Assembly: GCF_006345805.1 (NCBI RefSeq)
Contig: NW_021834956.1
Location: 1-43,053 of the forward strand
Direction: 5' to 3'
Source of the DNA: Octopus sinensis
Taxonomy: Eukaryota
DNA length: 43,053 bases
In this document: piece after piece, positions 20,701 to 35,700 of the stretch
Position numbering within the stretch: position 1 is the first letter of the stretch
Layout of the letters: each line of letters opens with the position of its first letter
Program-made: the position numbers and the translations under genes
Notes under the pieces: model-generated
What the model was told of the DNA's origin: nothing
Databases searched by the model: none
Seen by the model: only the letters and a program-made list of their open reading frames with translations

Positions 20701-23700
20701 GGAAAGATGGGAAGAGATGGGATTACGGCTTGAGGTAGCCTAAGGTTAAATTTTGTAGAGAAGAGATAGGAAAGATAAATCAAGTTATGGCGAAGGCTTG
20801 AAAGTAGCCTAAAAGGTTAAATTTTCGTAACAATGTATGAATAAACGTAGTAACAACGAATAAAAATAGTAAGATAAATTTTTAGAAACTTGCTGCGGGC
20901 ATCGATCGGGAGTTGAAATTGAAGAAGAAAGTAAGTTGAATTGGGAATTTAAATTGTAGAATCGTAATGGTAATGGCGATTTTCAAGTTTTAGCATAAGA
21001 AGAAGAAGAGGAGGAAAAAGACCGCCAATGGCGGAAAGATGGGAAGAGATGGGATTACGGCTGGAGGTAGCCTAAGGTTAAATTTTGTAGAGAGAGAGAC
21101 AGGAAAGATAAATCAAGTTATGGCGAAGGCTTGAAAGTAGCCTAAAAGGTTAAATTTTCGTAACAATGTATGAATAAACGTAGTAACAACGAATAAAAAT
21201 AGTAATATAAATTATTAAGAACTTGCTGCGGGCATCGATCGGGAGTTGAAATTGAAGAAGAAAGTAAGTTGAATTGGGAATTTAAATTGTAGAATCGTAA
21301 TGGTAATGGCGATTTTCAAGTTTTAGCATAAGAGAAGAAGAGGAAAAAGACCGCCAATGGCGGAAAGATGGGAAGAGATGGGATTACGGCTTGAGGTAGC
21401 CTAAGGTTAAATTTTGTAGAGAGAGAGATAGGAAAGATAAATCAAGTTATGGCGAAGGCTTGAAAGTAGCCTAAAAGGTTAAATTTTCGTAACAATGTAT
21501 GAATAAACGTAGTAACAACGAATAAAATAGTAAGATAAATTTTTAAAACTTGCTGCGGGCATCGATCGGGAGTTGAAATTGAAGAAGAAAGTAAGTTGAA
21601 TTGGGAATTTAAATTGTAGAATCGTAATGGTAATGGCGATTTTCAAGTTTTAGCATAAGAAGAAGAAGAGGAGGAAAAGACCGCCAATGGCGGAAAGATG
21701 GGAAGAGATGGGATTACGGCTTGAGGTAGCCTAAGGTTAAATTTTGTAGAGAGAGAGATAGGAAAGATAAATCAAGTTATGGCGAAGGCTTGAAAGTAGC
21801 CTAAAAGGTTAAATTTTCGTAACAATGTATGAATAAACGTAGTAACAACGAATAAAAATAGTAATATAAATTTTAAGAACTTGCTGCGGGCATCGATCGA
21901 GTTGAAATTGAAGAAGAAAGTAAGTTGAATTGGGAATTTAAATTGTAGAATCGTAATGGTAATGGCGATTTTCAAGTTTTAGCATAAGAAGAAGAAGAGG
22001 AGGAAAAAGACCGCCAATGGCGGAAAGATGGGAAGAGATGGGATTACGGCTTGAGGTAGCCTAAGGTTAAATTTTGTAGAGAGAGAGATAGGAAAGATAA
22101 ATCAAGTTATGGCGAAGGCTTGAAAGTAGCCTAAAAGGTTAAATTTTCGTAACAATGTATGAATAAACGTAGTAACAACGAATAAAATATAGTAAGAATA
22201 AATTTTTAGAACTTGCTGCGGGCATCGATCGGGAGTTGAAATTGAAGAAGAAAGTAAGTTGAATTGGGAATTTAAATTGTAGAATCGTAATGGTAATGGC
22301 GATTTTCAAGTTTTAGCATAAGAAGAAGAAGAGGAGGAAAAAGACCGCCAATGGCGGAAAGATGGGAAGAGATGGGATTACGGCTTGAGGTAGCCTAAGG
22401 TTAAATTTTGTAGAGAGAGAGATAGGAAAGATAATCAAGTTATGGCGAAGGCTTGAAAGTAGCCTAAAAGGTTAAATTTTCGTAACAATGTATGAATAAA
22501 CGTAGTAACAACGAATAAAATAGTAAGATAAATTTTTAAGAACTTGCTGCGGGCATCGATCGGGAGTTGAAATTGAAGAAGAAAGTAAGTTGAATTGGGA
22601 ATTTAAATTGTAGAATCGTAATGGTAATGGCGATTTTCAAGTTTTAGCATAAGAAGAAGAAGAGGAGGAAAAAGACCGCCAATGGCGGAAAGATGGAAGA
22701 GATGGGATTACGGCTTGAGGTAGCCTAAGGTTAAATTTTGTAGAGAGAGAGATAGGAAAGATAAATCAAGTTATGGCGAAGGCTTGAAAGTAGCCTAAAA
22801 GGTTAAATTTTCGTAACAATGTATGAATAAACGTAGTAACAACGAATAAAAAGTAAGATAAATTTTTAAGAACTTGCTGCGGGCATCGATCGGGAGTTGA
22901 AATTGAAGAAGAAAGTAAGTTGAATTGGGAATTTAATTGTAGAATCGTAATGGTAATGGCGATTTTCAAGTTTTAGCATAAGAAGAAGAAGGAGGAAAAA
23001 GACCGCCAATGGCTGAAAGATGGGAAGAGATGGGATTACGGCTTGAGGTAGCCTAAGGTTAAATTTTGTAGAGAGAGAGATAGGAAAGATAAATCAAGTT
23101 ATGGCGAAGGCTTGAAAGTAGCCTAAAAGGTTAAATTTTCGGAACAATGTATGAAGAAACGTAGTAACAACGAATAAAAATAGTAAGATAAATTTTTAAG
23201 AACTTGCTGCGGGCATCGATCGGGAGTTGAAATTGAAGAAGAAAGTAAGTTGAATTGGGAATTTAAATTGTAGAATCGTAATGGTAATGGCGATTTTCAA
23301 GTTTTAGCATAAGAAGAAGAGGAGGAAAAAGACCGCAATGGCTGAAAGATGGGAAGAGATGGGATTACGGCTTGAGGTAGCCTAAGGTTAAATTTTGTAG
23401 AGAGAGAGATAGGAAAGATAAATCAAGTTATGGCGAAGGCTTGAAAGTAGCCTAAAAGGTTAAATTTTCGTAACAATGTATGAATAAACGTAGTAACAAC
23501 GAATAAAAATAGTAATATAATTTTTAAGAACTTGCTGCGGGCATCGATCGGGAGTTGAAATTGAAGAAGAAAGTAAGTTGAATTGGGAATTTAAATTGTA
23601 GAATCGTAATGGTAATGGCGATTTTCATTTCAAGTTTCAGCATAGAAGAAGAGAGGAAAAAGACCGCCAATGGCGGAAAGATGGAAGAGATGGGATTACG

Positions 23701-26700
23701 GCTTGAGGTAGCCTAAGGTTAAATTTTGTAGAGAGAGAGATAGGAAAGATAAATCAAGTTATGGCGAAGGCTTGAAAGTAGCCTAAAAGGTTAAATTTTC
23801 GTAACAATGTATGAATAAACGTAGTAACAACGAATAAAATAGTAAGATAATTTTTAAGAACTTGCTGCGGGCATCGATCGGAGTTGAAATTGAAGAAGAA
23901 AGTAAGTTGAATTGGGAATTTAAATTGCAGAATCGTAATGGTAATGGCGATTTTCAAGTTTTAGCATAAGAAGAAGAAGAGGAGGAAAAAGACCGCCAAT
24001 GGCGGAAAGATGGGAAGAGATGGGATTACGGCTTGAGGTAGCCTAAGGTTAAATTTTGTAGAGAGAGAGATAGGAAAGATAAATCAAGTTATGGCGAAGG
24101 CTTGAAAGTAGCCTAAAAGGTTAAATTTTCGTAACAATGTATGAATAAACGTAGTAACAACGAATAAAATAGTAAGATAAATTTTTAAGAACTTGCTGCG
24201 GGCATCGATCGGAGTTGAAATTGAAGAAGAAAGTAAGTTGAATTGGGAATTTAAATTGTAGAATCGTAATGGTAATGGCGATTTTCAAGTTTTAGCATAA
24301 GAAGAAGAAGAGGAGGAAAAAGACCGCCAATGGCGGAAAGATGGGAAGAGATGGGATTACGGCTTGAGGTAGCCTAAGGTTAAATTTTGTAGAGAGAGAG
24401 AGGAAAGATAAATCAAGTTATGGCGAAGGCTTGAAAGTAGCCTAAAAGGTTAAATTTTCGTAACAATGTATGAATAAACGTAGTAACAACGAATAAAAAG
24501 TAAGATAAATTTTTAAGAACTTGCTGCGGGCATCGATCGGGAGTTGAAATTGAAGAAGAAAGTAAGTTGAATTGGGAATTTAAATTGTAGAATCGTAATG
24601 GTAATGGCGATTTTCAAGTTTTAGCATAAGAAGAAGAGGAGGAAAAGACCGCCAATGGCGGAAAGATGGGAAGAGATGGGATTACGGCTTGAGGTAGCCT
24701 AAGGTTAAATTTTGTAGAGAGAGAGATAGGAAAGATAAATCAAGTTATGGCGAAGGCTTGAAAGTAGCCTAAAGGTTAAATTTTCGTACAATGTATGAAT
24801 AAACGTAGTAACAACGAATAAAAATAGTAAGATAATTTTTAAAACTTGCTGCGCGCATCGATCGGGAGTTGAAATTGAAGAAGAAAGTAAGTTGAATTGG
24901 GAATTTAAATTGTAGAATCGTAATGGTAATGGCGATTTTCAAGTTTTAGCTTAGCAGAAGAAGAAGAGAGGAAAAAGACCGCCAATGGCGGAAAGATGGG
25001 AAGAGATGGGATTACGGCTTGAGGTAGCCTAAGGTTAAATTTTGTAGAGAGAGAGATAGGAAGATAAATCAAGTTATGGCGAAGGCTTGAAAGTAGCCTA
25101 AAAGGTTAAATTTTCGTAACAATGTATGAATAAACGTAGTAACAACGAATAAAATAGTAAGATAAATTTTTAAGAACTTGCTGCGGGCATCGATCGGAGT
25201 TGAAATTGAAGAAGAAAGTAAGTTGAATTGGGAATTTAAATTGTAGAATCGTAATGGTAATGGCGATTTTCAAGTTTTAGCATAAGAAGAAGAGGAGGAA
25301 AAAGACCGCCAATGGCTGAAAGATGGGAAGAGATGGGATTACGGCTTGAGGTAGCCTAAGGTTAAATTTTGTAGAGAGAGAGATAGGAAAGATAAATCAA
25401 GTTATGGCGAAGGCTTGAAAGTAGCCTAAAAGGTTAAATTTTCGTAACAATGTATGAATAAACGTAGTAACAACGAATAAAAATAGTAAGATAAATTTTT
25501 AAGAACTTGCTGCGGGCATCGATCGGGAGTTGAAATTGAAGAAGAAAGTAAGTTGAATTGGGAATTTAAATTGTAGAATCGTAATGGTAATGGCGATTTT
25601 CAAGTTTTAGCATAGAAGAAGAAGAGGAGGAAAAAGACCGCCAATGGCGGAAAGATGGGAAGAGATGGGATTACGGCTTGAGGTAGCCTAAGGTTAAATT
25701 TTGTAGAGAGAGAGATAGGAAAGATAAATCAAGTTATGGCGAAGGCTTGAAAGTAGCCTAAAAGTTTAAATTTTCGTAACAATGTATGAATAAACGTAGT
25801 AACAACGAATAAAAATAGTAAGATAAATTTTTAAGAACTTGCTGCGGGCATCGATCGGGAGTTGAAATTGAAGAAGAAAGTAAGTTGAATTGGGAATTTA
25901 AATTGTAGAATCGTAATGGTAATGGCGATTTTCAAGTTTTAGCATAAGAAGAAGAAGAGGAGGAAAAAGACCGCCAATGGCGGAAAGATGGGAAGAGATG
26001 GGATTACGGCTTGAGGTAGCCTAAGGTTAAATTTTGTAGAGAGAGAGATAGGAAAGATAAATCAAGTTATGGCGAAGGCTTGAAAGTAGCCTAAAAGTTA
26101 AATTTTCGTAACAATGTATGAATAAACGTAGTAACAACGAATAAAAATAGTAATATAATTTTTAAGAACTTGCTGCGGGCATCGATCGGAGTTGAAATTG
26201 AAGAAGAAAGTAAGTTGAATTGGGAATTTAATTGTAGAATCGTAATGGTAATGGCGATTTTCAAGTTTTAGCATAAAGAAGAAGAGGAGGAAAAAGACGC
26301 CAATGGCGGAAAGATGGGAAGAGATGGGATTACGGCTTGAGGTAGCCCTAAGTTTAATTTTGTAGAGAGAGAGATAGGAAAGATAAATCAAGTTATGGCG
26401 AAGGCTTGAAAGTAGCCTAAAAGGTTAAATTTTCGTAACAATGTATGAATAAACGTAGTAACAACGAATAAAAATAGTAAGATAAATTTTTAAGAACTTG
26501 CTGCGGGCATCGATCGGGAGTTGAAATTGAAGAAGAAAGTAAGTTGAATTGGGAATTTAAATTGTAGAATCGTAATGGTAATGGCGATTTTCAAGTTTTA
26601 GCATAAGAAGAAGAAGAGGAGGAAAAAGACCGCCAATGGCGGAAAGATGGGAAGAGATGGGATTACGGCTTGAGGTAGCCTAAGGTTAAATTTTGTAGAG

Positions 26701-29700
26701 AGAGAGATAGGAAAGATAAATCAAGTTATGGCGAAGGCTTGAAAGTAGCCTAAAAGGTTAAATTTTCGTAACAATGTATGAATAAACGTAGTAACAACGA
26801 ATAAAAATAGTAAGATAAATTTTTAAGAACTTGCTGCGGGCATCGATCGGGAGTTGAAATTGAAGAAGAAAGTAAGTTGAATTGGGAATTTAAATTGTAG
26901 AATCGTAATGGTAATGGCGATTTTCAAGTTTTAGCATAAGAAGAAGAGGAGGAAAAGACCGCCAATGGCGGAAAGATGGGAAGAGATGGGATTACGGCTT
27001 GAGGTAGCCTAAGGTTAAATTTTGTAGAGAGAGAGATAGGAAAGATAAATCAAGTTATGGCGAAGGCTTGAAAGTAGCCTAAAAGGTTAAATTTTCGTAA
27101 CAATGTATGAATAAACGTAGTAACAACGAATAAAAATAGTAAGATAAATTTTTAAGAACTTGCTGCGGGCATCGATCGGAGTTGAAATTGAAGAAGAAAG
27201 TAAGTTGAATTGGGAATTTAAATTGTAGAATCGTAATGGTAATGGCGATTTTCAAGTTTTAGCATAAGAAGAAGAAGAGGAGAAAAAGACCGCCAATGGC
27301 GGAAAGATGGGAAGAGATGGGATTACGGCTTGAGGTAGCCTAAGGTTAAATTTTGTAGAGAGAGAGATAGGAAAGATAAATCAAGTTATGGCGAAGGCTT
27401 GAAAGTAGCCTAAAAGGTTAAATTTTCGTAACAATGTATGAATAAACGTAGTAACAACGAATAAAATAGTAAATATAAATTTTAAGAACTTGCTGCGGGC
27501 ATCGATCGGGAGTTGAAATTGAAGAAGAAAGTAAGTTGAATTGGGAATTTAAATTGTAGAATCGTAATGGTAATGGCGATTTTCAAGTTTTAGCATAAGA
27601 AGAAGAAGAGGAGGAAAAGACCGCCAATGGCGAAAGATGGGAAGAGATGGGATTACGGCTTGAGGTAGCCTAAGGTTAAATTTTGTAGAGAGAGAGATAG
27701 GAAAGATAAATCAAGTTATGGCGAAGGCTTGAAAGTAGCCTAAAGGTTAAATTTTCGTAACAATGTATGAATAAACGTAGTAACAACGAATAAAAATAGT
27801 AATAAATTTTTAAGAACTTGCTGCGGGCATCGATCGGGAGTTGAAATTGAAGAAGAAAGTAAGTTGAATTGGGAATTTAAATTGTAGAATCGTAATGGTA
27901 ATGGCGATTTTCAAGTTTTAGCATAAGAAGAAAAGAGGAAAAAGACCGCCAATGGCGAAAGATGGGAAGAGATGGGATTACGGCTTGAGGTAGCCTAAGG
28001 TTAAATTTTGTAGAGAGAGAGATAGGAAAGATAAATCAAGTTATGGCGAAGGCTTGAAAGTAGCCTAAAAGGTTAAATTTTCGTAACAATGTATGAATAA
28101 ACGTAGTAACAACGAATAAAAATAGTAAGATAAATTTTTAAGAACTTGCTGCGGGCATCGATCGGGAGTTGAAATTGAAGAAGAAAGTAAGTTGAATTGG
28201 GAATTTAAATTGTAGAATCGTAATGGTAATGGCGATTTTCAAGTTTTAGCATAAGAAGAAGAAGAGGAGGAAAAGACCGCCAATGGCGGAAAGATGGGAA
28301 GAGATGGGATTACGGCTTGAGGTAGCCTAAGGTTAAATTTTGTAGAGAGAGAGATAGGAAAGATAAATCAAGTTATGGCGAAGGCTTGAAAGTAGCCTAA
28401 AAGGTTAAATTTTCGTAACAATGTATGAATAAACGTAGTAACAACGAATAAAAATAGTAATATAAATTTTTAAGAACTTGCTGCGGGCATCGATCGGGAG
28501 TTGAAATTGAAGAAGAAAGTAAGTTGAATTGGGAATTTAAATTGTAGAATCGTAATGGTAATGGCGATTTTCAAGTTTTAGCATAAGAAGAAGAGGAGGA
28601 AAAAGACCGCCAATGGCGGAAAGATGGGAAGAGATGGGATTACGGCTTGAGGTAGCCTAAGGTTAAATTTTGTAGAGAGAGAGATAGGAAAGATAAATCA
28701 AGTTATGGCGAAGGCTTGAAAGTAGCCTAAAAGGTTAAATTTTCGTAACAATGTATGAATAAACGTAGTAACAACGAATAAAAATAGTAAGATAAATTTT
28801 TAAAAACTTGATGCGCGCATCGATCGGGAGTTGAAATTGAAGAAGAAAGTAAGTTGAATTGGGAATTTAAATTGTAGAATCGTAATGGTAATGGCGATTT
28901 TCAAGTTTTAGCATAAGAAGAAGAAGAGGAGGAAAAAGACCGCCAATGGCTGAAAGATGGGAAGAGATGGGATTACGGCTTGAGGTAGCCTAAGGTTAAA
29001 TTTTGTAGAGAGAGAGATAGGAAAGATAAATCAAGTTATGGCGAAGGCTTGAAAGTAGCCTAAAAGGTTAAATTTTCGTAACAATGTATGAATAAACGTA
29101 GTAACAACGAATAAAAATAGTAAGATAAATTTTTAAGAACTTGCTGCGGGCATCGATCGGGAGTTGAAATTGAAGAAGAAAGTAAGTTGAATTGGGAATT
29201 TAAATTGTAGAATCGTAATGGTAATGGCGATTTTCAAGTTTTAGCATAAAGAAGAGGAGGAAAAACCGCCAATGGCGGAAAGATGGGAAGAGATGGGATT
29301 ACGGCTTGAGGTAGCCTAAGGTTAAATTTTGTAGAGAGAGAGATAGGAAAGATAAATCAAGTTATGGCGAAGGCTTGAAAGTAGCCTAAAAGGTTAAATT
29401 TTCGTAACAATGTATGAATAAACGTAGTAACAACGAATAAAAATAGTAAGATAAATTTTTAAGAACTTGCTGCGGGCATCGATCGGGAGTTGAAATTGAA
29501 GAAGAAAGTAAGTTGAATTGGGAATTTAAATTGTAGAATCGTAATGGTAATGGCGATTTTCAAGTTTTAGCATAAGAAGAAGAAGAGGAGGAAAAACCGC
29601 CAATGGCGAAAGATGGGAAGAGATGGGATTACGGCTTGAGGTAGCCTAAGGTTAAATTTGTAGAGAGAGAGATAGGAAAGATAAATCAAGTTATGGCGAA

Positions 29701-32700
29701 GGCTTGAAAGTAGCCTAAAAGGTTAAATTTTCGTAACAATGTATGAATAAACGTAGTAACAACAACGAATAAAATAGTAATAAATTTTTAGAAACTTGCT
29801 GCGGGCATCGATCGGAGTTGAAATTGAAGAAGAAAGTAGTTGAATTGGGAATTTAAATTGTAGAATCGTAATGGTAATGGCGATTTTCAAGTTTTAGCAT
29901 AAGAAGAAGAAGAGGAGGAAAAAGACCGCCAATGGCGGAAAGATGGGAAGAGATGGGATTACGGCTTGAGGTAGCCTAAGGTTAAATTTTGTAGAGAGAG
30001 AGATAGGAAAGATAAATCAAGTTATGGCGAAGGCTTGAAAGTAGCCTAAAAGGTTAAATTTTCGTAACAATGTATGAATAAACGTAGTAACAACGAATAA
30101 AAATAGTAATATAAGTTATTAAGAACTTGCTGCGGGCATCGATCGGGAGTTGAAATTGAAGAAGAAAGTAAGTTGAATTGGGAATTTAAATTGTAGAATC
30201 GTAATGGTAATGGCGATTTTCAAGTTTTAGCATAAGAAGAAGAGGAGGAAAAAAGACCGCCAATGGCGGAAAGATGGGAAGAGATGGGATTACGGCTTGA
30301 GGTAGCCTAAGGTTAAATTTTGTAGAGAGAGAGATAGGAAAGATAAATCAAGTTATGGCGAAGGCTTGAAAGTAGCCTAAAGGTTAAATTTTCGTAACAA
30401 TGTATGAATAAACGTAGTAACAACGAATAAAAATAGTAAGATAAATTTTTAAGAACTTGCTGCGGGCATCGATCGGGAGTTGAAATTGAAGAAGAAAGTA
30501 AGTTGAATTGGGAATTTAAATTGTAGAATCGTAATGGTAATGGCGATTTTCAAGTTTTAGCATAAGAAGAAGAAGAGGAGGAAAAAGACCGCCAATGGCT
30601 GAAAGATGGGAAGAGATGGGATTACGGCTTGAGGTAGCCTAAGGTTAAATTTTGTAGAGAGAGAGATAGGAAAGATAAATCAAGTTATGGCGAAGGCTTG
30701 AAAGTAGCCTAAAAGGTTAAATTTTCGTAACAATGTATGAATAAACGTAGTAACAACGAATAAAAATAGTAAGATAAATTTTTAAGAACTTGCTGCGGGC
30801 ATCGATCGGGATTGAAATTGAAGAAGAAAGTAAGTTGAATTGGGAATTTAAATTGTAGAATCGTAATGGTAATGGCGATTTTCAAGTTTTAGCATAAGAG
30901 AAGAGGAGGAAAAAGACCGCCAATGGCGGAAAGATGGGAAGAGATGGGATTACGGCTTGAGGTAGCCTAAGGTTAAATTTTGTAGAGAGAGAGATAGGAA
31001 AGATAAATCAAGTTATGGCGAAGGCTTGAAAGTAGCCTAAAAGGTTAAATTTTCGTAACAATGTATGAATAAACGTAGTAACAACGAATAAAATAGTAAT
31101 AGATTTTTAAGAACTTGCTGCGGGCATCGATCGGGAGTTGAAATTGAAGAAGAAAGTAAGTTGAATTGGGAATTTAAATTGTAGAATCGTAATGGTAATG
31201 GCGATTTTCAAGTTTTAGCATAAGAAGAAGAAGAGGAGGAAAAAGACCGCCAATGGCGGAAAGATGGGAAGAGATGGGATTACGGCTTGAGGTAGCCTAA
31301 GGTTAAATTTTGTAGAGAGAGAGATAGGAAAGATAAATCAAGTTATGGCGAAGGCTTGAAAGTAGCCTAAAAGGTTAAATTTTCGTAACAATGTATGAAT
31401 AAACGTAGTAACAACGAATAAAAATAGTAAGATAAATTTTTAGAAACTTGCTGCGGGCATCGATCGGGAGTTGAAATTGAAGAAGAAAGTAAGTTGAATT
31501 GGGAATTTAAATTGTAGAATCGTAATGGTAATGGCGATTTTCAAGTTTTAGCATAAGAAGAAGAGGAGGAAAAAGACCGCCAATGGCGGAAAGATGGGAA
31601 GAGATGGGATTACGGCTTGAGGTAGCCTAAGGTTAAATTTTGTAGAGAGAGAGATAGGAAAGATAAATCAAGTTATGGCGAAGGCTTGAAGTAGCCTAAA
31701 AGGTTAAATTTCGTAACAATGTATGAATAAACGTAGTAACAACGAATAAAATAGTAAGATAAATTTTTAAGAACTTGCTGCGGGCATCGATCGGGAGTTG
31801 AAATTGAAGAAGAAAGTAAGTTGAATTGGGAATTTAAATTGTAGAATCGTAATGGTAATGGCGATTTTCAAGTTTTAGCATAAGAAGAAGAAGAGGAGGA
31901 AAAGACCGCCAATGGCGGAAAGATGGGAAGAGATGGATTACGGCTGGAGGTAGCCTAAGGTTAAATTTTGTAGAGAGAGAGAGGAAAGATAAATCAAGTT
32001 ATGGCGAAGGCTTGAAAGTAGCCTAAAAGGTTAAATTTTCGTAACAATGTATGAATAAACGTAGTAACAACGAATAAAAATAGTAATATAATTTTTAAGA
32101 ACTTGCTGCGGGCATCGATCGGGAGTTGAAATTGAAGAAGAAAGTAAGTTGAATTGGGAATTTAAATTGTAGAATCGTAATGGTAATGGCGATTTTCAAG
32201 TTTTAGCATAAGAAGAAGAGGAGGAAAAAGACCGCCAATGGCGAAAGATGGGAAGAGATGGGATTACGGCTTGAGGTAGCCTAAGGTTAAATTTTGTAGA
32301 GAGAGAGATAGGAAAGATAAATCAAGTTATGGCGAAGGCTTGAAAGTAGCCTAAAAGGTTAAATTTTCGTAACAATGTATGAATAAACGTAGTAACAACG
32401 AATAAAAATAGTAAGATAAATTTTTAAGAACTTGCTGCGGGCATCGATCGGAGTTGAAATTGAAGAAGAAAGTAAGTTGAATTGGGAATTTAAATTGTAG
32501 AATCGTAATGGTAATGGCGATTTTCAAGTTTTAGCATAAGAAGAAGAAGAGGAGGAAAAAGACCGCCAATGGCTGAAAGATGGGAAGAGATGGGATTACG
32601 GCTTGAGGTAGCCTAAGGTTAAATTTTGTAGAGAGAGAGATAGGAAAGATAAATCAAGTTATGGCGAAGGCTTGAAAGTAGCCTAAAAGGTTAAATTTTC

Positions 32701-35700
32701 GTAACAATGTATGAATAAACGTAGTAACAACGAATAAAAATAGTAAGATAAATTTTAAGAACTTGCTGCGGGCATCGATCGGGAGTTGAAATTGAAGAAG
32801 AAAGTAAGTTGAATTGGGAATTTAAATTGTAGAATCGTAATGGTAATGGCGATTTTCAAGTTTTAGCATAAGAAGAAGAGGAAAAAGACCGCCAATGGCG
32901 GAAAGATGGGAAGAGATGGGATTACGGCTTGAGGTAGCCTAAGGTTAAATTTTGTAGAGAGAGAGATAGGAAAGATAAATCAAGTTATGGCGAAGGCTTG
33001 AAAGTAGCCTAAAAGGTTAAATTTTCGTAACAATGTATGAATAAACGTAGTAACAACGAATAAAAATAGTAAGATAAATTTTTTTTAAGAACTTGCTGCG
33101 GGCATCGATCGGGAGTTGAAATTGAAGAAGAAAGTAAGTTGAATTGGGAATTTAAATTGCAGAATCGTAATGGTAATGGCGATTTTCAAGTTTTAGCATA
33201 AGAAGAAGAAGAGGAGGAAAAAGACCGCCAATGGCGGAAAGATGGGAAGAGATGGGATTACGGCTTGAGGTAGCCTAAGGTTAAATTTTGTAGAGAGAGA
33301 GATAGGAAAGATAAATCAAGTTATGGCGAAGGCTTGAAAGTAGCCTAAAAGGTTTAATTTTCGTAACAATGTATGAATAAACGTAGTAACAACGAATAAA
33401 AATAGTAAGATAAATTTTTAAGAACTTGCTGCGGGCATCGATCGGGAGTTGAAATTGAAGAAGAAAGTAAGTTGAATTGGGAATTTAAATTGTAGAATCG
33501 TAATGGTAATGGCGATTTTCAAGTTTTAGCATAAAGAAGAAGAGGAGGAAAAACCGCCAATGGCGGAAAGATGGGAAGAGATGGGATTACGGCTTGAGGT
33601 AGCCTAAGGTTAAATTTTGTAGAGAGAGAGATAGGAAAGATAAATCAAGTTATGGCGAAGGCTTGAAAGTAGCCTAAAAGGTTAAATTTTCGTAACAATG
33701 TATGAATAAACGTAGTAACAACGAATAAAAATAGTAAGATAAATTTTAAGAACTTGCTGCGGGCATCGATCGGGAGTTGAAATTGAAGAAGAAAGTAAGT
33801 TGAATTGGGAATTTAAATTGTAGAATCGTAATGGTAATGGCGATTTTCAAGTTTTAGCATAAGAAGAAGAGGAGGAAAAAGACCGCCAATGGCTGAAAGA
33901 TGGGAAGAGATGGGATTACGGCTTGAGGTAGCCTAAGGTTAAATTTTGTAGAGAGAGAGATAGGAAAGATAAATCAAGTTATGGCGAAGGCTTGAAAGTA
34001 GCCTAAAAGGTTAAATTTTCGTAACAATGTATGAATAAACGTAGTAACAACGAATAAAATAGTAAGATATTTTTAAGAACTTGCTGCGGGCATCGATCGG
34101 GAGTTGAAATTGAAGAAGAAAGTAAGTTGAATTGGGAATTTAAATTGTAGAATCGTAATGGTAATGGCGATTTTCAAGTTTTAGCATAAGAAGAAGAAGA
34201 GGAGGAAAAAGACCGCCAATGGCGGAAAGATGGGAAGAGATGGGATTACGGCTTGAGGTAGCCTAAGGTTAATTTTTGAGAGAGAGATAGGAAAGATAAA
34301 TCAAGTTATGGCGAAGGCTTGAAAGTAGCCTAAAAGGTTAAATTTTCGTAACAATGTATGAATAAACGTAGTAACAACGAATAAAAATAGTAAGATAAAT
34401 TTTTAAGAACTTGCTGCGGGCATCGATCGGGAGTTGAAATTGAAGAAGAAGAAGTTGAATTGGGAATTTAAATTGTAGAATCGTAATGGTAATGGCGATT
34501 TTCAAGTTTTAGCATAAGGAGAGGAGGAAAAAGACCGCCAATGGCTGAAAGATGGGAAGAGATGGGATTACGGCTTGAGGTAGCCTAAGGTTAAATTTTG
34601 TAGAGAGAGAGATAGGAAAGATAAATCAAGTTATGGCGAAGGCTTGAAAGTAGCCTAAAAGGTTAAATTTTCGTAACAATGTATGAATAAACGTAGTAAC
34701 AACGAATAAAATAGTAAGATAAATTTTTAAGAACTTGCTGCGGGCATCGATCGGGAGTTGAAATTGAAGAAGAAAGTAAGTTGAATTGGGAATTTAAATT
34801 GTAGAATCGTAATGGTAATGGCGATTTTCAAGTTTTAGCATAAGAAGAAGAAGAGGAGGAAAAACCGCCAATGGCGGAAAGATGGGAGAGATGGGATTAC
34901 GGCTTGAGGTAGCCTAAGGTTAAATTTTGTAGAGAGAGAGATAGGAAAGATAAATCAAGTTATGGCGAAGGCTTGAAAGTAGCCTAAAAGGTTAAATTTT
35001 CGTAACAATGTATGAAAACGTAGTAACAACGAATAAAAATAGTAAGATAAATTTTTAAGAACTTGCTGCGGGCATCGATCGGGAGTTGAAATTGAAGAAG
35101 AAATGTTGAATTGGGAATTTAAATTGTAGAATCGTAATGGTAATGGCGATTTTCAAGTTTTAGCATAAGAAGAAGAGAGGAAAAAGACCGCCAATGGCTG
35201 AAAGATGGGAAGAGATGGGATTACGGCTTGAGGTAGCCTAAGGTTAAATTTTGTAGAGAGAGAGATAGGAAAGATAAATCAAGTTATGGCGAAGGCTTGA
35301 AAGTAGCCTAAAAGGTTAAATTTTCGTAACAATGTATGAATAAACGTAGTAACAACGAATAAAAATAGTAAGATAAATTTTAAGAACTTGCTGCGGGCAT
35401 CGATCGGAGTTGAAATTGAAGAAGAAAGTAAGTTGAATTGGGAATTTAAATTGTAGAATCGTAATGGTAATGGCGATTTTCAAGTTTTAGCATAAGAAGA
35501 AGAAGAGGAGGAAAAGACCGCCAATGGCGGAAAGATGGGAAGAGATGGGATTACGGCTTGAGGTAGCCTAAGGTTAAATTTTGTAGAGAGAGAGATAGGA
35601 AAGATAAATCAAGTTATGGCGAAGGCTTGAAAGTAGCCTAAAAGGTTAAATTTTCGTAACAATGTATGAATAAACGTAGTAACAACGAATAAAAATAGTA

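Noticed and set aside
21772-26391. Short ORFs within the satellite (MKIAITITILQ..., MIYLSYLSLYK...)
   Set aside because: They appear only in units where indels happen to remove stops; the consensus monomer has stops in these frames.
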